Assembly (NCBI GenBank): GCA_046482845.1
Contig: JAWOEJ010000291.1
Location: forward strand, 1 to 62,871
Reading direction: 5' to 3'
Length of the DNA: 62,871 bases
DNA from: Desulfobacteraceae bacterium
GTDB taxonomy: Bacteria; Desulfobacterota; Desulfobacteria; Desulfobacterales; Desulfobacteraceae
Both the position numbers and the translations under genes were made by a program. Every line of letters starts with the position of its first letter. Within the stretch, counting starts at the first letter, position 1. Positions 59,874 to 62,871 of the stretch are shown one piece after another. Under the pieces are notes generated by a model. The model did not search any database. It saw only the letters and a list, made by a program, of their open reading frames with translations, and was not told the DNA's origin.

Positions 59874-60488
59874 TTATAATTTCTGAAGCACCCCCAGGGT
59901 GCCGGTCATGGAAAAGAATGTAAACCCGCCTGAAGAAAGGGCTTTTTCATAAATGGTTCTCGGGGCCTGGCCCCCCTGATCCGGATCCATAAAAATATCA
60001 TGTATCACAAGAAACCCGTCTGGCATAATATGGTCTGTCCAGACATGATAATCGGTGAGCGCTGCCTCAAAGGTATGGCCCCCGTCTATAAACACAAGGG
60101 AAAGGGGCGTGGACCACATTTTTCCGGCTGTTTCTGAATCTGACACAATGGGAACCACAGTGTGCTCAAGGGATGCCCTTTCAAGGGTGTTTTGAAAACA
60201 ATCAAAGGTATTTATTCGGTTCAGCCGTTTACTGAACAGATCAGGATCAAAATATTCTTCACCGGGCTGTTGTTCTTCTGATCCTTTGTGATGATCAATG
60301 GAAAAAAGAATGCTGTTGTTTTCCCTGCATGCCGTGCCGATAAAATAGGCGGATTTTCCGCAGTAACTGCCTATTTCAAGGCAGGGGCCCATTGCTGAAG
60401 CTGTACAGGCTGTCCTGTAAAGGGTTTCTGCTTCATGATCCGCCATAAACCCTTTTATTTTTCTGCTGAATTCAAAATCAATCGTCAT
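59874..60488 (-). CDS. Class I SAM-dependent methyltransferase (O-methyltransferase/type 24-like)
   Basis: CLEIGSYCGKSAYFIG and VFIDGGHTFEAALTDY. It overlaps the ftsK 3' end by 11 nt. Confidence 0.78.
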   Translation of the reverse strand: MTIDFEFSRKIKGFMADHEAETLYRTACTASAMGPCLEIGSYCGKSAYFIGTACRENNSILFSIDHHKGSEEQQPGEEYFDPDLFSKRLNRINTFDCFQNTLERASLEHTVVPIVSDSETAGKMWSTPLSLVFIDGGHTFEAALTDYHVWTDHIMPDGFLVIHDIFMDPDQGGQAPRTIYEKALSSGGFTFFSMTGTLGVLQKL

Positions 60489-62799
60489 AACTCTTTACCA
60501 GCACCTCCCGCTGCTTTGCCCCGTCCTGGGGACCGATCACCCCTTCTTTTTCCATTATTTCAATAATCCTGGCGGCCCGGTTGTACCCAATGCGCAGGTG
60601 GCGCTGCACGCTGGAAATAGACGCCTGCCGGGTCCGGGTCACCAGGGCCACGGCTTCATCATATTTCTCGTCATACTCTGATTTGTCAACTATTGCTTGA
60701 TCCTCATCCGGCTTTTCCGTTATGTCCTCTATATACGCGGGAGGCTGCTGGGCCTTTAAAAATTCTGTTATGCGGCTGATCTCCTCCTCTGAAATATAGG
60801 CGCACTGAATCCGCTGCAGTCTGCCCGTGCCCGGAGGGAGAAAGAGCATATCCCCGTTGCCCAGAAGCCTTTCCGACCCATTGGCATCCAGAATGGTTCT
60901 GGAATCCGTCCGGGAAGACACCTGAAAGGATATCCGGGTGGGGAAATTAGCCTTTATTACTCCGGTCAGCACATCTACTGAAGGCCTCTGGGTCGCCAGA
61001 ATCATGTGAATACCGGCTGCTCTGGCCATCTGGGCCAGTCGGGTCAGGGCTGACTCTACATCCCTTGACGCCACCATCATCAGATCTGCAAGCTCATCCA
61101 CAATCACCACAAGATAGGGGAGTTTTTCCAGAGGATCTTCCTGATCACCGCTTTGATTATCCAGCCGGTCTCCTTCACTATCAAATGTTGCTGACTTTTT
61201 TTCCTTTCTGTTTTTTTTCTTCCTGTCCACCATGGCATTGTACTGGCGCAGATTTCTCATTGAATTTTGGGCCAGAAGCTCGTAGCGTCTTTCCATTTCA
61301 CGCACAGCCCAGAACAGGGCGTTGGTGGCTTTTTTCATATCTGTTACCACAGGGGAAATCAAATGGGGAATCCCGTCGTATACGGACAATTCAATCCTTT
61401 TGGGATCGACCATGATAAATTTAACCTCTTCAGGTCCTGCCTTGTAAAGGATACTGGTTATCATGGCATTCAAACCAACACTTTTTCCGGTTCCTGTGGC
61501 CCCTGCGATTAAAAGATGGGGCATGGTATCAAGCTGTGCCGCCACAGGGATGCCGAATATATCCTTTCCAAGTCCAAGGGTAAGTTTTGAAGCGGAGGCT
61601 TTAAATTCAGAGGACACAAGAAGCTCCTTTAAGGTGACAATCATTTTCACATCATTGGGAATTTCTACGCCCACCACATCCTTACCTGGAATAGGGGCCA
61701 CAATCCTGATACTGAGGGCGCTCAAGGCAAGGGCAAGGTCGTCTGTCAGATTTACAATCTTGCTTATTTTAATACCCGGTGCCGGCCTGTATTCAAAGGT
61801 GGTAATAACAGGCCCGGGCAAAATAGCAACCACTTCACCGGTTATACCGAAATCATTGAGCTTTTTCTCAAGGATCTCCCCTTTTTTTCTTAAAACCTCC
61901 CTGTCAACCCCGTTCGTATTTTTTTTAACATCCCTGAGAAGGGAAACCGGCGGCAGCGTTGCTTTTTTTTCTTCTCTTACATCCTCAATATCAGCGGTCA
62001 CATCTGATATTGATTTCTTTTTACCCACTTCCCTGATCACTAAAGCTTTTTTATTGTTACGGGAAGGGGCTGTGTGATTTTCCCCGGTTTCCACCGGTGC
62101 ATTTAAAAATTTCGGGATTTGGGCAGCCCTGTCTTTTTTACTTTGAATTTTTTTAATAAAGGCTGAAGAGGCTGCATTCCAGGAATTTTCATAGATGCTT
62201 TTAATTTGCAGAAAAAGATTTTTAGCACAAAAGCACAGGGATTTTACCAACTTGACCATCCAGAAAAAAAGGAGAGAAACCATTCTCTTCAGTATAAGAA
62301 GACACGCAGATAAGGTGATACCGGTTGCCATGACAAAACCGAGAACAAAGAAAAAGAACAGTATAATAAAGGCACCGGCGGGTTTGGAAAAGGTCACAAG
62401 AAAATCGGATAAAAAGCTGCCGAACAGCCCGCCTGCACAATAGTATTTCCCAAAAAGAGAATACTCAGGGTGAAACACAGAAAGCAGACTGCCCGTACTG
62501 ACAATAATCAAAAAAATTCCGGACAGGGTAAGCATCAGAACAGACCTTGTGATCTGTTTCACTGCCCATCTTGCACAGAGCAGAAAAAAAAGCGGAATCC
62601 AGAATGCGCCAAGCCCAAAGAAAAAAATCAAAACACCTGAATAATACGCCCCCACAAGCCCCAGACTGTTCTCAATCGGGCCGGACAGGGGAGAGGTATG
62701 GCTCATCACGGTAGGGTCAGAAGGATCATAGGATAAAAGGCTGACCAGGGTCAGCACAAATAAAAACAAAAAAAAGATACTGAGTATTTCTTTTTTCAT
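60478..62799 (-). CDS. ftsK: DNA translocase FtsK
   Basis: 773 aa with four or five N-terminal TM helices, a linker, a motor domain (HLLIAGATGTGKSV, VVIVDELADLM) and a C-terminal gamma wHTH. Confidence 0.95.
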   Translation of the reverse strand: MKKEILSIFFLFLFVLTLVSLLSYDPSDPTVMSHTSPLSGPIENSLGLVGAYYSGVLIFFFGLGAFWIPLFFLLCARWAVKQITRSVLMLTLSGIFLIIVSTGSLLSVFHPEYSLFGKYYCAGGLFGSFLSDFLVTFSKPAGAFIILFFFFVLGFVMATGITLSACLLILKRMVSLLFFWMVKLVKSLCFCAKNLFLQIKSIYENSWNAASSAFIKKIQSKKDRAAQIPKFLNAPVETGENHTAPSRNNKKALVIREVGKKKSISDVTADIEDVREEKKATLPPVSLLRDVKKNTNGVDREVLRKKGEILEKKLNDFGITGEVVAILPGPVITTFEYRPAPGIKISKIVNLTDDLALALSALSIRIVAPIPGKDVVGVEIPNDVKMIVTLKELLVSSEFKASASKLTLGLGKDIFGIPVAAQLDTMPHLLIAGATGTGKSVGLNAMITSILYKAGPEEVKFIMVDPKRIELSVYDGIPHLISPVVTDMKKATNALFWAVREMERRYELLAQNSMRNLRQYNAMVDRKKKNRKEKKSATFDSEGDRLDNQSGDQEDPLEKLPYLVVIVDELADLMMVASRDVESALTRLAQMARAAGIHMILATQRPSVDVLTGVIKANFPTRISFQVSSRTDSRTILDANGSERLLGNGDMLFLPPGTGRLQRIQCAYISEEEISRITEFLKAQQPPAYIEDITEKPDEDQAIVDKSEYDEKYDEAVALVTRTRQASISSVQRHLRIGYNRAARIIEIMEKEGVIGPQDGAKQREVLVKSYDD

Positions 62800-62871
62800 A
62801 CTTCAATTATGATAGGCAGGATCACGGGTCTGCGTCTGATCGTAAAAAAGAAATACTGTTTCAGGGCTTTC
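62796..62871 (-). CDS. 3' end of an unidentified upstream gene (partial; frame uncertain)
   Basis: The frame reading ..KALKQYFFFTIRRRPVILPIIIEV* ends in a TGA that overlaps the ftsK ATG (ATGA) and uses the codons favoured elsewhere in the window. A second frame (..DPAYHN*) is also open. Confidence 0.3.
   Translation of the reverse strand, partial: KALKQYFFFTIRRRPVILPIIIEV

Overview
This window looks like a mostly core chromosomal segment of an anaerobic, sulfate-reducer-like deltaproteobacterium. That lineage call is inferred from gene content only: a Cys-X5-His-X15-Cys-X2-Cys adenylate kinase LID, a two-gene SufCB, CimA, and a PrkA/YeaH/SpoVR module. The main content, in order, is as follows. 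(1) An ilvD-ilvB-ilvN-ilvC-cimA-leuA operon preceded by an Ile/Val/Leu-rich leader peptide and an attenuator. (2) A tightly packed minus-strand prkA-yeaH-spoVR operon extended by a second PrkA-like gene and an orphan ACT-type acetolactate synthase small subunit. (3) A MerR-like protein with an acidic peptide repeat, and a double-Cache chemoreceptor. (4) sufC, a sufB-like gene, an HPr-fusion gene and ispD. (5) rnpB, a Zn-ribbon gene and nif3. (6) dnaG, rpoD and a tRNA(CAT). (7) hisB, a stand-alone YcaO-TPR gene, and HD and GAF-HD-GYP genes. (8) A long housekeeping run: purL-purQ, rseP-dxr-cdsA-uppS-frr-pyrH-tsf-rpsB, prmC-prfA-rpmE-rho. (9) coaE, adk, rpsU, folC, tRNA-Arg, a small glycosyltransferase/methyltransferase group, and ftsK. 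I see no CRISPR array, prophage, integrase, toxin-antitoxin pair or recognisable defence island. The material least explained by annotation falls into three groups. First, a modular set of intergenic repeats: heptamer arrays always pointing at a downstream start codon, nested long palindromes, and ~160-bp elements that share palindromic termini. Second, the extended five-gene PrkA operon. Third, three proteins with unusual architecture: the HPr fusion, the HTH/acidic-repeat protein, and the orphan YcaO-TPR. All product calls rest on motif recognition by eye. No searches were run.
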